Assembly: GCA_951406725.2 (NCBI GenBank) | Contig: OX597841.1 | Span: 15,810,001 to 15,874,000, forward strand | Direction of reading: 5' to 3' | Length of the DNA stretch: 64,000 bases | Origin: Octopus vulgaris | Taxonomy: Eukaryota | Part shown: one piece after another, positions 40,760-55,600 of the stretch | How the letters are laid out: the number at the start of each line of letters is the position of its first letter | Numbering within the stretch: position 1 is the stretch's first letter | The notes under the pieces: generated by a model | What the model was told of the DNA's origin: nothing | The model's input: the letters and a program-made list of their open reading frames with translations, nothing else | Databases searched by the model: none | Translations under genes and position numbers: made by a program

Positions 40760-41463
40760 GCAGTTTGGACAACTGGTCTCGACTGTGGTCACCATTCATT
40801 ATCAAATTAATAGTGGAGTTCAGCGGTGATACACGAAGATTGCATCAACGAAAGAGCTGAGATACTAGGAGGAGCTGAAAGGGCTGCGACTCGACTCCCT
40901 GGAGCGAAAACGGGAGAGATATGCAGTGATATATGTGTGGAAGGCCCCGGAAGGGCTGGTACCAAACTTTGTTATCTGGAGACAGCAGGTCATCGGGATG
41001 TAAACGAACCAACCCCGCTTCGCAAGTGGTGTTGGGGAGAAATACAAGTTGTATGTACTGAGGAGATGCCAGTTTATTTCTGCAAAGGTACAGGAAAGCA
41101 GTTCGATCTATACCAAGTGGTTACCAGACCCCGAACTGAACTATTCGAAAGGTCCCAGCCATCCTGTCGAGAGTGAGGGACATGTACTGCAATAGCTTGG
41201 GCTTGAAGGGCCCACGGCTATTTAACACCTTGCGAAAATATCTGAGGGATCTTCATGGAGTGGGTAAGAAACTTTTTTAAATGTTTTCAAGAAACATCTT
41301 GACCTCCTGCTATTGGAAACTCAAAAAAGGGCAGCAATGGAGAGCTACCACCTTCAGCAAAAGCCAATCGCATAAGACTGACCATTGGAAAGGTCAGCAA
41401 TGGCGGCGTTCCAGCATGGCCAGACCCTTAGGGCAGATACGTATAAAAGAATAAAAGAATAAA
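40760..41463 (+). mobile_element. Old CR1-type LINE 3' fragment with a SINE-A-like tail
   Basis: LKGLRLDSLERKRERYAVIYVWK..EGLVPNF and NSLGLKGPRLFNTL; tail GGCGGCGTTCCAGCATGGCC...(AAAAGAAT)n; interrupted at 40987-41125. Confidence 0.7.
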
Positions 41464-41514
41464 TACAACAGCAACAAAAAAATACCTTTAAATTGGTTTG
41501 AAGAGAGTAATATA

Positions 41515-42010
<496 letters not shown>

Positions 42011-42049
42011 TGGTAATTACTGCATTTGGTCTTGGAATTAATTGTATTG

Positions 42050-43800
42050 GTGGTGGTGGTATTGGTCGTGGCGGTGGTGGTGTTGATGGCGGTGGTGATG
42101 TTGATGGCGGCGGTGGTGGTGGTGGTGGTAGTGGTTATTATCATGGTGGAGGTGGTGGTAGTGGTGGTGTTGATAGTAGTATTGGTCGTGGCGGTGGTGG
42201 TGTTGATGGCGGTGGTGATGTTGATGGCGGCGATGGTGGTGGTGGTGGTAGTGGTTATTATCATGGTGGAGGTGGTGGTAGTGGTGGTGTTGATAGTAGT
42301 ATTGGTCGTGGCGGTGGTGGTGTTCATGGTGGCGGTGGTGGTGGTTGTGGTGGTCATGATCATGGTGGTAATGGTTGTGATGGTGGTGGTGGTGGTGGTG
42401 GTGGCAGTGGTGGTCATGATCATGGTGGTAGTCTTGATGGTGGTGTTTGTGGTGGTGGTCGTGATCGTGGTGGTGTCGATGGTGGTGGTGGCGGTATTGA
42501 TGATGGTGCCGGTAGCGGCGTTGATAGTGGTGATGGTGATGGTGACGGTGGTTGGTTTGGAGCGGAGGGGTAGGTGGGTGGTTGTTAGATTAGACGCAAT
42601 CGGGGGGTGGGGTGGCAATGGCGATTTGATAACTAGGTGGAGGTGGAGGTGGAGGTGAGGGAATACTAAGGGCTGATGGTATTAACGATGATGTGAAGGG
42701 AACGGGGTGGGCGGGAGGGTGAGAGGCGTTGTGTGTGGGGTACGTGGGGTGGAGGGTGGGGAGTCGTTCTTAACAAAAAGTAGGGTGTGTGTGTGTGTGT
42801 GGCGGGAAAGGTAGCTTGCAACGAGTGGAATAGGGTGTCGAGGTAGGGTGGTAGTGGCGGCGATGGGGCGGTTGATGAGTGACGGGTGGGAGGGTAGGTG
42901 GGGGTTGAGAGCGGAGTGAAGGTGGTGGTGGTGGTGGAGGCACAAGACAGGTGAACAGTGACAGGTAAGCTTTAATACCCTACCTGTGTGCCTGTGTGTC
43001 TGTGTGTCTGTGTGTCTGTGTGTGTGTCTGTGTGTCCTTTTCCTCTATCAACCGCCATATTGCACGTGTTGATAACTTTGACTTGGGTGGTGGTGGTGGT
43101 GGTGGTGGTAGTGGTAGTGGTGGTGGCGGTGGTGGTGGTGTGATGGCGGTGATGATGTTTGTAGTATCGATGTTGGTGGTGGCGGAGTGATTGTGATGAT
43201 GATGATGATGCTGGTGGTGGTTCTGGTGCTGGTGGTGGTTCTGGTAAAGATTGTGGTGCCGGTGGTGGTGATGATGGTTGTAGTACTGATGTTGGTGGTG
43301 GTGGTGGTAGTGGTGTGATGGGTATGATGATGATGATGATGATGGTGGTGGTTGTATTGGTAATTGTCATGGTGTTGGTTGTTGTGATGACAGTAGTGAT
43401 GATGATGGCAGTGGTGGTTGTGGTGGTGGTTGTGATGGTGATGGTGGTGGTAGTGGTGTGATGGGGCTGATGATAATGGTGGCAGTGGTGGCAGTGGTGG
43501 TGGTGGTTGTGATGGTGGTGGTGGCAGTGGTGGTGGTTGTTGTGATGGTGGTGGTGGCAGTGGTGGTGGTTGTTGTGATGGTGGTGGTGGTGGTAGTGGT
43601 GTGATGGGGCTGATGATGATGGTGGCAGTGGTGGTGGTGGTTGTGATGGTGGTGGTAGTGGTGGTGGTTGTGGTGGTAGTGGTGGGGTTGATGATAAAAA
43701 TCGAACAGTGGAGGCGTTGATGGTTCGGTGTAGTAGCACGGTGTAGTAGTGGTGGTGGCGGCGGTGGTGGTGCTACATCATAGTGTAGTGTGGGTAGTTG
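42050..43800. repeat. (GGT)n-rich blocks (120-bp tandem unit at 42060-42330) around a unique island
   Basis: 42061-42180 is nearly identical to 42181-42300. Confidence 0.88.
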
Positions 43801-44659
43801 TGGCGGTGATTAAAAGACAGGTGCGTCGATCGGTCCCCAAGCCAGCAACTAACTCAGCAAATCTGTCGTCAAAGTCGTTCCATCCGTGACCGTTCCAACG
43901 TATAGTACGTCAGTGACAGCAGTGATGATAGCGATGTGTGGGTGGCAGTGGTAGTGATTGTGGGGGGTTCGTTAGGGATGTTTGTATGGGGGGAAGGGAA
44001 GAGGGACTGAAGCGCAGTGGGGGACGGAGGGTTCGGTTGAAAGAAGACGGGGTTAGGGGGGGATTAAGTTTTAAGGGGTTTTTTCCAGAACGACAGAACA
44101 GTGTGTGTATGTGTGAGAGAGAGTGTGTGTATGTGTGTGTGTGTGTCTGCGTGTTTGAGTTGTGTGTGTGTACGCATGTATGTATGTGAGTGTTCACGTA
44201 TGTGCGTGAGAGTATGTATGTATGTGTGTGTGTGTGTGAGACCGTTTACCTCTGTGTGCGTGTGCGTATGTGTGTGTGTGTCTATATGTGTGACTGTGGG
44301 TATGTATGTGCGGGGCTTGGGTGTGTGTACGCGCATGCGTGCTAGTGGCTCTGAGGGGATTTTAGCAGGGGGGAGGGCAAGAGTTCCCTCCCCACCCCGT
44401 ATTGATTGCTTTAGGGTCGTTCATGTGTAAATCCTGACATAAATCTAGGGACAATGTACACACACATAAAAACACACACACACATAAACACACACACATA
44501 ATCACACACACATGCATACACACATAAATACACACACACATGCATACACACATAAACACACACACACACATGCACACACTTAAACACACACACATGCACA
44601 AACACACACACATAAACACACACATGCATACACGCACTTGCACGTACATAGAATTATCT

Positions 44660-45372
<713 letters not shown>

Positions 45373-45374
45373 TT

Positions 45375-46360
45375 GATATTATAACGACACAGCAGTTCAT
45401 CAAAAGGATCCAAAATATGATCGATAATGATCCATGAAAAATCAATAAGGACCATGACCAAAGGTGTGGAGGGGTAGAGGGTATTAGAGGGTATTCGATA
45501 CATTTTGTATGTACTGAAGAGATGCCAGTTCATTTCTGCAAAGCTACAGGAAAGCAGTTCGATCTATACCAAGTGGTTACCTAAGGCGTTTAAAAATCCT
45601 GATGGACATGGCATACGTTGGTTCTTTGTGGAGGTGCAATGGCCCAGTGGTTAGGGCAGCGGACTCGCGGTCGTAGGATCGCGGTTTCGGTTCCCAGACC
45701 GGGCGTTGTGAGTGTTTATTGAGCGAAAATACCTAAAAGCTCCACGAGGCTCCGGCAGTGGGTGGTGGCGATCCCTGCTGTACTCTTTCACCACAACTTT
45801 CTCTCACTCTTACTTCCTGTTTCTGTTGTACCTGTATTTCAAAGGGTCGGCCTTGTCACTCTCTGTGTCACGCTGAAGATCCCCGAGAACTACGTTAAGG
45901 GTGCACGTATCTGTGGAGTGCTCAGCCACTTACACGTTAATTTCACGAGCAGGCTGTTCCGTTGATTTGGATCAACCGGAACCCTCGTCGTCGTAACCGA
46001 CGGAGTGCTTTCACCGCGTTGGTTCTTCTCTGATGAGAAAAACTTCGTCCAGGACCAAAGGTTTAACAGCAGAAATGACAGGTGGCTGTTTGCAGAACTT
46101 TCTGCTGTCCCCAGAGAGATGCACAACACGTTTCTAGGAACTGTAATTCTCTGAGGAGTGCTAAGTAACGAAGATCATGTAATACCGTCTGATATCTTTC
46201 CGCAGGGCCTAAAAACTCAGCACCCCCAAAAACCTAGGTTATTCAAGAATGGATATCAAACGGTTTTTACGATCACGTAACACCAAACTTTCAAAACCAG
46301 TGACCTATTATGTCTGTAGTGTTGTTGAAAGGAAAACTAATCGACCTCCTCGTAATTACC
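45375..46360 (+). pseudogene. Tc1/mariner (maT/DD37D-like) transposase relic interrupted by SINE B
   Basis: YVLKRCQFISAK...KNPDGHGIRWFF, then the SINE, then WFFSDEKNFVQDQRFNSRNDRWL...GVLSNEDHVIPSDIFPQGLK and YYVCSVVERKTN; stops and frameshifts. Confidence 0.8.
45628..46012 (+). mobile_element. SINE family B with 11-bp TSD
   Basis: CGTTGGTTCTT at 45616-45626 and 46017-46027. Confidence 0.93.
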
Positions 46361-46554
46361 ATACGAGGGATTTCCTGAGTAAGGGCTCCATACCCCGTAA
46401 ATATGAAAATGCCACTTAATATTGTCAACCGGTTTCATTTTGTTGATTACATTGTCTTGCAAAAATACAATAACAAGCGTTTAAATATATGTGCAACAAT
46501 TGCTTCATGGAAACTGTATCATATACATACACACACACACACACAGACACACAC

Positions 46555-46625
<71 letters not shown>

Positions 46626-46688
46626 CAGACAGAGACAGACAGACAGACAGACAGACGGACAGACTAAGACAGACAGACGGACCGACAA

Positions 46689-46725
<37 letters not shown>

Positions 46726-47026
46726 AAGACAGAGACAGACAGACGGACAGATCGATAGATATATAGATACATACATACATATATACACACGCACACATGC
46801 ACTCACATACATGCATACATGCATACATACACACATACATACGTACATACATACATACATACATACATACATACATACATACATACTTAGACACTTGCTC
46901 ACATTCACACACACCACAGGGTTCAGCTAAGATCATGTTAAATCCCTTAAAGCCCCCTATTCCCCTCTCCCGCAACCACCCACTAAACACGCCTTACCTG
47001 TGCGCTCGCACACACAGACACACACG

Positions 47027-47144
<118 letters not shown>

Positions 47145-47420
47145 TACTATATGTATATATATGATATATATATGTATGTATGTATTTAGGTTTGTATACG
47201 CACACCTGTTTCATCATCTCACCTGCTGGCGGATTTGCATTACCTAACTCCTGCCTCCCCTCTCCCCATCTGACATATTAACACACTGCTTACAGGTAAG
47301 GTCTGTGGATAAGCAGGTTTAGGGAGCGTCGGGTGGGAGTCTAGATGTCTGCCTCTCTGTCTGGCTGACTGCCGTTCTACAATCTATCTATCTACTTAGC
47401 ATTCTACCTACCTGTTTATC

Positions 47421-47473
<53 letters not shown>

Positions 47474-47508
47474 GTATCTATCTATCTATATATCTATCTA
47501 TCTGTCTG

Positions 47509-47563
<55 letters not shown>

Positions 47564-47566
47564 CAT

Positions 47567-47600
<34 letters not shown>

Positions 47601-47603
47601 CTA

Positions 47604-47690
<87 letters not shown>

Positions 47691-47727
47691 GTCTATCTGT
47701 CTGTCTACCTATCTATCTATCTATCTA

Positions 47728-47781
<54 letters not shown>

Positions 47782-48044
47782 AATCTATCTATCTATCTCT
47801 CTCTCTCTCTCACTCTATTTCCCTGTCTGCATATTTATCTATCCTTCCATCGATCCATCTACATACCCTACCTATATTGGGTTTTGTTGTCCCTTTCCCT
47901 CTAATATATACCCACTGACACGAAAGCTAGCTTAGGGATTCCTAGCTCCAGCCTCGGCTTTGAACTTGGAACCTAACGGATGACCAGTTATAGCATTTAC
48001 ACAACCTACTTATTCGTTTAGATCACCAGTGAACTAAAACCGTC

Positions 48045-48331
48045 ATACATGCATACATACATACATACATACATACATACATGCATACATACATACATAC
48101 ATACATACATACATACATACATACATACATTCATACATACATACATACATACATACATTCATACGTACATACATACATACACACATACATACATACATAC
48201 ACACATACATTCATACATACATACATACATACATTCATACATGCATACATACATACATACATACATACATACACACATACATACATGCATACATGCATAC
48301 ATACATACATGCATACATGCATACATACATG

Positions 48332-48363
<32 letters not shown>

Positions 48364-48475
48364 CATACATACATATATACATGCATGCCTGCATACATAC
48401 ATACATACATACATACATACATACAAACATACATACATACATACATGCATTCATGCATGCATGCATGCATGCATG

Positions 48476-48507
<32 letters not shown>

Positions 48508-48556
48508 CATATATACATACATACATACATACAAACATACATACATAAAAACATAC

Positions 48557-48605
<49 letters not shown>

Positions 48606-48650
48606 TATATATGTATACATATATATATATACATATATACATACACATAT
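48045..48650. repeat. (CATA)n microsatellite
   Basis: Direct inspection. Confidence 0.95.
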
Positions 48651-48771
48651 ACGACGGGCTTCTTTCCGTTTCCGTCTACCAATTCGACTCACAAGGCTTT
48701 GGTCAGCCCGAGGCTATAATAGAAGACACCTGCCCAAGGTGCCACGCAGTGGGACTGAACCCGGAACCATG

Positions 48772-49175
48772 GCATTGTCACAGAAGATGGCAAGGGTGAT
48801 ACTCTGGAACAGTCACTCTGACCTCTCAGGGCTTGCACCCGCGGATAGCAGGAATGTGCCCCGGGGACCGAGAACGCTAGAGGTCTCCACTGCTATGGGC
48901 TCGTCCACTAACCTGTCAGAGAGCGGTCGTTGCTTTGACCGTTTGTCCTTCTCGGTCTGACGAGAAGTGGAGCTTAGGGTGGCAGCCGAACACCCTAGGT
49001 TGCCGCTGGTGAAGGTGTCGCAGCATATAGCATCTTGAATAAGGGGCCTGTTGTGACAGAATGGGGGGAAATCGTCATACTGTCAGATCTTTTACTGTGG
49101 CCTCGGTCTTGCCCCGTTGATTCGAGATTGGAAGGGAAACCTGTGACGTCGAAGTGATGCCGTGGGATCTTGACA
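48772..49175 (-). mobile_element. CRE-type RLE non-LTR retrotransposon C-terminal relic
   Basis: GFPSNLESTGQDRGHSKRSDSMT...DAICCDTF...EPIAVETSSVLG...LFQSITLAIFCDNA parallels the EP..L.R.DGKRPDG...WD.TC.DT...P.AVET.G...QR.S.A.QRGNA endonuclease pattern. Confidence 0.7.
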
Positions 49176-49199
49176 GATTGATGAAGCGGACACAGCGTT

Positions 49200-50950
49200 T
49201 GTGAGAGAAAGGAAAAGATAGATAGGAAATGGGTTTAATGTCGTGAGTTAAGCAGAGACACAGAGAAGGGGAGAGAAAGGGGTAGAGAGAGAAGGAGAGG
49301 CGTCATGCTGTGAGCAGGTGAGTGAAAGAAAGAGTATGAGGCAAGGTGAGAGAGAAGATGAGTGAAAGGGAGAGTTTGATGAGAAAGAGAGAGAGAAACA
49401 GACAAACAGAAGGATATAAGGATAGGAGAATAGGAGGAAAGGCCAGGCTATGAGAATGGGAGAGTGAGTGAAAGTGAGAGAGAGAGAGAGAGAAAGAAAG
49501 AACGAGGAGTACATCTGCAGTGAGAGGAGATTGGTGGAGAGTGTAGACCGTGTGGAATGTTAGTTAGAGGTTGAAAGGTCTGCAAGGTGTATGACTGACA
49601 GACAGAGAAACTGAAAGAGAGGATGTGAAGTAGAGAGACAGAAAGAGAGAGAGAGAGGAGAGAAAATTTGATGTATATGTGTGAAAGAGAGAGAGAAAGA
49701 GAAGAGAGAGGAAGACAAATGAAGATAGAGAATGCGAACGTGTGCGGAGATAGAGAAAGAGGGGAAAATATGATGTGTATGTGTGTGTATATGTGAGAGA
49801 GGCAGATCGAGAGAGGAGAGTGGGAGAGAGACAGACAGACAGACAGACAGTAGAGAAGGTGAGCGAGAGAATTCGAAGTAATTGTGCGTGTGAGAGAGAG
49901 AGGGAGAGAGAGAATGAAATATGAGCGTGAGACAGAGAGAGAGAGAGAGAGGGTGGAGAGAGTGAAGGGGAAGATAGAAAGGAAAAGAGAGAGAAAGAAG
50001 GGGAGACGGGCGGTGGAGCCTTGAGAAGTTGAGTGGAAGAAATCGAGTAAGGCAAGGTGAGAGAGAAAACGGGAGAGAGAGAGAGGGAGAAAGAGAGAGA
50101 GAGAGAGAGAGAGAAGTAGAGAGAATAACAGTGTTATATATGTGCGTGAGAGAGAGACTAACAGACAGACAGGATTCGATGCATAGGTGCGTGAGACAGA
50201 GAGAGAGAGGAAGGGGGAGTGAGATAGGCAGACAGGCAGACAGACAGACAGGCAGGCAGAGAAGGGTGAGAGAGAGAGGAGTGAGGAAATTGATGTATAT
50301 GTGTGAGAAAGAGAGAGGAAAAGGAGAGAGAGAAAGGAGACAGAGAGAGAAAGGAGACAGAGAGAGGAAAAGGGGAGAGAGAGAGGAAAAGGAGAGAGAG
50401 AGAATGTAAAACGTGCGTGAGACAGAATGAGACAGACAGAGAGAAAGGAGAGAGAGAGAGAGAAAAGGAAAGAGAGAGAGAAAGGAGAGAGAGAGAGAAA
50501 GAAGAGAGAGGAAGGAGAGAGAGAGAGAGAGAGAAAAGAGAAAGAGAGAGAAAGGAGAGAGAGAGAGAGAGAGGATAGGAGAGAAAGAGAGAGAGAAAGG
50601 AGAGAGAGGAAGAAAAGGAGAGAGAGAATGCAATAAGTGCGTGAGACAGAAGGACAGGGAGAGAAAGAAAAGGAGAGAGAGAGAGACAGAAAAGGAGAAA
50701 GGGACAGAAAAGTAGAGAGAGAAGAGAGAGAAAAAGAGAGAGAGAGAGAGAGAGAGACAGAAAAGGAGGGAGAGGAAGTAAATAAGCTAAGACGTATCTG
50801 TACGTAAGGCAGAGAGAGAGAGAGAGAGAGAATGCGACGTGTGCGTGAGATTGAAAGAAAGAAAGAAAGGAAGAAAGAAGGGAGGAAGGAAGGAAAGAGA
50901 CGAAGAGAGAGAATGCGATACGTGAGTGAGAGAGAGGAGAGAGACAAAGA
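49200..50950. repeat. Long GA-rich polypurine tract
   Basis: Degenerate (GA)n/(GACA)n with recurring GTGCGTGAGA. Confidence 0.9.
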
Positions 50951-51042
<92 letters not shown>

Positions 51043-51057
51043 TTGTGAGTGTGTGTA

Positions 51058-51247
51058 TTCTTTTATCCTTTTTACTTGTTTCAGTCATTTGACGGCTGCC
51101 ATGCTGGAGCACCGCCTTTAGTCGAACAAATCGACCCCTAGGTCTTATTCTATCGACCTCCTTTGCCGAACCGGAGACGTAAACATACTAACATCGGTTG
51201 TCAAGCAATGGTGGGGAGACAAACACGAACACAAACACACACCGACG

Positions 51248-51278
<31 letters not shown>

Positions 51279-51405
51279 GACGGGCTTCTTTCAGTTTCCG
51301 TTTGGCTATAGTAGAAGACACTTGCCCAAGGTGCCACGCAGTGGGTCTGAACCCTGGACCATCTGGTTAGGAAGCAAGATTCTTACCTCACACTCACTCC
51401 TGCGC

Positions 51406-51406
<1 letters not shown>
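51058..51406 (-). mobile_element. SINE family A with internal deletions
   Basis: Head and tail match family A. Confidence 0.85.
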
Positions 51407-51472
<66 letters not shown>

Positions 51473-51889
51473 TGTGTGTGTCTCTAAGTGTGTAATTGAA
51501 AGAGAGGGAGAGAAAGAAGGGTTTTATATGTACTGAAATAGAGAGAGACAGAGAGAGAGAGAGAGAATAATGAATAGAAAGAGAAATAGGAAAAGAGAGA
51601 GAGAGAGAGCGGGAGACATGGAGAGACGAGAAAATAGAGAGGATAAAAGGGGAGAGAGAGGTGGAAATAGGAGACAGAAAGAGAAAGAGAGAAAAGAAGA
51701 AAGAGACAGAGACAGAGAGAGAGAGATACTAGACATAAAATATACGCCGCACACACATATAAATACAGACACATACACATACACATATACATGTACACGG
51801 TTACACACACGCCTGCATATACACAAATGCATACATAGACACACACACACACACACACGCACGTACGTACGCACGTACGCACGCGCGTA

Positions 51890-52800
51890 CGCAGAGAAGC
51901 GAGGCCTGGCTCGTTGATTGGCTAAACGCACCGCGACAGCTGCTGGCTGGCGGGCGCGTGTCCTCACGTCCCTCCCCCCCACCCTCTGTCTGTCGTTTTT
52001 TCCCCCCTCTCTCTATCTATTTGTCTATCACTTTCTCTTTCACTCCCTCTCTCCCTCTATCTCTATCTATCTCTATTTATCTATTAATCTACCTATCTCT
52101 TTCTCTTGTGTCTTCCTCTCTCTATTAATGTATTTCTCCCCTTCTCTTTGTGTCTTCTCCCTCTCTCTCTCTTTCTGTCTTCTTTCTCTTTCTCTTTCTG
52201 ACTTCCTCTCACTCTCTGCGTCTTTCCCTCTCAATACATATGTTCCTCTCTCTCTGTCTCTCTATATTTACCTTTTCTCTCTCTCTGTATATATATGTCT
52301 TTCTCTCTCTATCTCCCTGTCTTTCTGCTATTCCCTCCCTCCCGCCCTCTCTCTCTCTCTCTCTCTCTTTCAATCACTCTCTCCTTATTTACATTTTTCT
52401 TTCTCTTCCTCTTCCTCTCTCTCTCTCTCCCCCTCCGTCTCTCTGCTTGACATTCAAAACCCAACACCTGCCGATGACGTCATAATAGTTACGCACGCCA
52501 CCTCCTCCTCCTCCCCCCACCACCGCCACCCAAGCACATGCCACCCTTAGTCTTAAATCTACGATGTTGTCGCACTCGGGTGCTTGCGCGTGTCCGCGCG
52601 CCGACGCGCAAGCGAGCGAGCGAGCGAGCGCACTTGGGCGAGCGCGGGCGCGCGACACTGTGCGTACGTGTGCGTATGTTTCTGTATGTGCGTGTGCGTG
52701 CGAGTGTGTGCGTGCGTGTGTGTGTGTGCGCGTTCGCTGTCTGCGTACGCGTTTGTATGGCTAGGAACTCGCATCAGAGAACCGACGATGCTCAGCCGTG
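51890..52800. promoter_or_regulatory. Candidate promoter / CpG-rich regulatory region
   Basis: TGATTGGCT (CCAAT box) 51915, CAGCTG 51937, CACCTG 52465, ATGACGTCAT (CRE) 52474, CpG-dense 52560-52800. Confidence 0.4.
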
Positions 52801-53244
52801 GTGGTGGTGGTGGCGGTGGTGGTGGCGGTGTTGGTGGTGGTGGTGGTGGTGGTGGTGGTGGTGGTAATGGTGGTGGCGGTGGTGGTGGTAATGGTGGTGG
52901 CGGTGGTGGTGGTTGTAGTGGTGGTGGTGGCGGTGGTGGTGGTGGTGTGGTGGTGTGGTGGTGGTGGTGGTGGTGGTGGTGATTGTGGTGGTGGTGGTGG
53001 TGATTGTGGTGGTGGTGGTTGTAGTGGTGATGGTGGTGTGGTGGTGGTGGCGGCGGTGGTGGTGGTGGTGGTGATCGTGGTGGTGGTGATGGTGGTGGTG
53101 GTGATGGTGGCGTGCTTGGTGGCGGTGGTGTTTGAGATGATGATGATGGTGGCTGTGATGGTAGTGACAGGGGTAGTGGAGGTGGTGGTGGAGGTGGTGG
53201 CGGTGGTGGTGGTCTTCATAATGCGTGGTGGCGGTGATAATTGA

Positions 53245-53277
<33 letters not shown>

Positions 53278-53392
53278 GTTTGAGATGATGATGATGGTGG
53301 CTGTGATGGTAGTGACAGGGGTAGTGGAGGTGGTGGTGGAGGTGGTGGCGGTGGTGGTGGTCTTCATAATGCGTGGTGGCGGTGATAATTGA

Positions 53393-53425
<33 letters not shown>

Positions 53426-54430
53426 GTTTGAGATGATGATGATGGTGGCTGTGATGGTAGTGATAGGGGTGGTGGAGGTGGTGGTGGCGGTGGTGGTGTT
53501 TGAGATGATGACGATGGTGGCTGTGATGGAGGTGATGGTGGTGGTGGTAGTGGTGGTGGTGGTAATGGTGGTGATGTTTGTGATGATGATGGTGATGGTG
53601 GTGATAGCAGTGATGTCCATGTAAATGTTATTGTTGTTGTTGTTGTTGTTAGTGGTGGTGATGGTGGTGATAGTAATGGTCATGATGATGATGATGATGA
53701 TGAAGAGGAGGTGGAGTGAGGTGGTGGAGATGAGGTTGGCGAGTGGGGGGAGGCGTTGCTGCAGTAAAAGCAATGGTGAGGAAGGAGAGGAGGAGAGATA
53801 TGGGGACGTAGGGACGACGGGGGAGGCGGCGGGATTATTCGTTCCGTTGTGGTGATGGAACCGGTGGTGGTGGTGGTGGTGGTGGTGGTGGTGGTGGTGG
53901 TGGTGGTGGTGGTGGTGGTGGTGGTGGTGGTCGTGGTGGTGGTCGTGGTGGTGGTGGTGGCGGCGGTTTTTATAGAGATGACGGTGGTGGTACCGGCGGT
54001 ATTGAAAATGGTGGTGATGGTGATGGTGGTGGTGGTGATGGTGGTGGTGGTGGTGATGATGATGGTGATGGTGATGATGGTATGGTGGTGGTGGTAGTGG
54101 TGGTGGTGGTGGTGGTGGTGGTAGCAATGATGGTGGTGGTGGTGGTTTTTATAGAGATGATGGTGGTGGTACCGGCGGTGATGATGATGGTGGTGGTGGT
54201 GGTAACGGTGGTGAAAGCATTGCTGATGATGATAACGATGTTGATGATGATGATGATGATGATGATGCAGAGGGGGGCGGTAAGAGTCGTGACAATAGCG
54301 TGGTTGCGGTGGTGGTGGTGGTGGTGGTGGTGGTAGTGGTGGTGTTGGCTCTAGAGGTGAGGGTTAATGACTGCAGAGCATGCCATGATGGCGGCGGCGG
54401 TGGAGGCGTCGGTGGTGGTGGTGGTGGTGG
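52800..54430. repeat. (GGT/GAT)n block with ~150-bp tandem units
   Basis: GTGTTTGAGATGATGATGATGGTGGCTGTGATGG is repeated across 53125-53530. Confidence 0.9.
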
Positions 54431-54844
54431 CGGTTCGGAGAGTGGATATTCTAGATCTAGATAATATGCGGGTGGACTGGTGATGTTAGCAAGGGTGGGA
54501 TGGGTGGGGTGGGGGTGAGGGTGGGGGTGGAGGGAGAGGTGCGGCACGGGCACGTAGGAAATAGCACGCATGCGCTAACCTTGCATACAATCAAAACACA
54601 CGCGTTCGCGTGTACTTACGCCCTGCCTAGGTTTTCAAATCGACGATGGATTTCATGAAAGTCAAACAAACTGAAGTGTATGCGTGTGTATATATACATA
54701 CATACATACATACATATATACATACATACACAAATACATACATATATACATATATACATATATAGATACATATACGCGCGCGGGCACACACACCCCACAA
54801 ATGCACACAAAGATACATGCATATATAGATTGAAGTAAAGCTCC

Positions 54845-55093
54845 TTGTATGTATGTATGTATGTATGTGTGTGTATGTATGTATGTATGTATGTATGTAT
54901 GTATGTATGTATGTATGTATGTATGTATGTATGTATGTATGTATGTATGTGTGTGTATGTATGTATGTATGTGTATGTATGTATGTATGTATGTGTGTAT
55001 GTATGTATGTATGTGTATGTATGTATGTATGTGTGTGTGTATGTATGTATGTATGTATGTATGTATGCATGTGTGTATATATGTATGTATGTG

Positions 55094-55126
<33 letters not shown>

Positions 55127-55523
55127 GTGTATGCATGTGTGTATGTATGTGTATATATGTATGTATGTGTGTATGCATCTGTGTATGTATGTGTATGTAT
55201 GTGTATGTATGTATGTATGTTTGTATGCATGTATGTATGTATGTGTGTGTGTATGTATGTATGTATGTATGTGTGTATGTATGTTTGTATGTATGTATGT
55301 GTGTATGTATGTATGTATGTATGTATTAATGTATGTATGTGTGTGTATGTATATATGTATGTATGCATGCATGTATGTATGTATGTATGTATGTATGTAT
55401 GTATGTATGTGTGTGTGTATGTATATATGTATGTATGCATGTATGTATACATATATTGTGTGTCTGAATGAGTATGCTTATAAATAGAGATAGAGATAGA
55501 TAGATAGATAGATAGATAGATAT

Positions 55524-55593
<70 letters not shown>

Positions 55594-55600
55594 GGATGGA
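54845..55600. repeat. (TATG)n then (GATA)n microsatellites
   Basis: Direct inspection. Confidence 0.95.
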
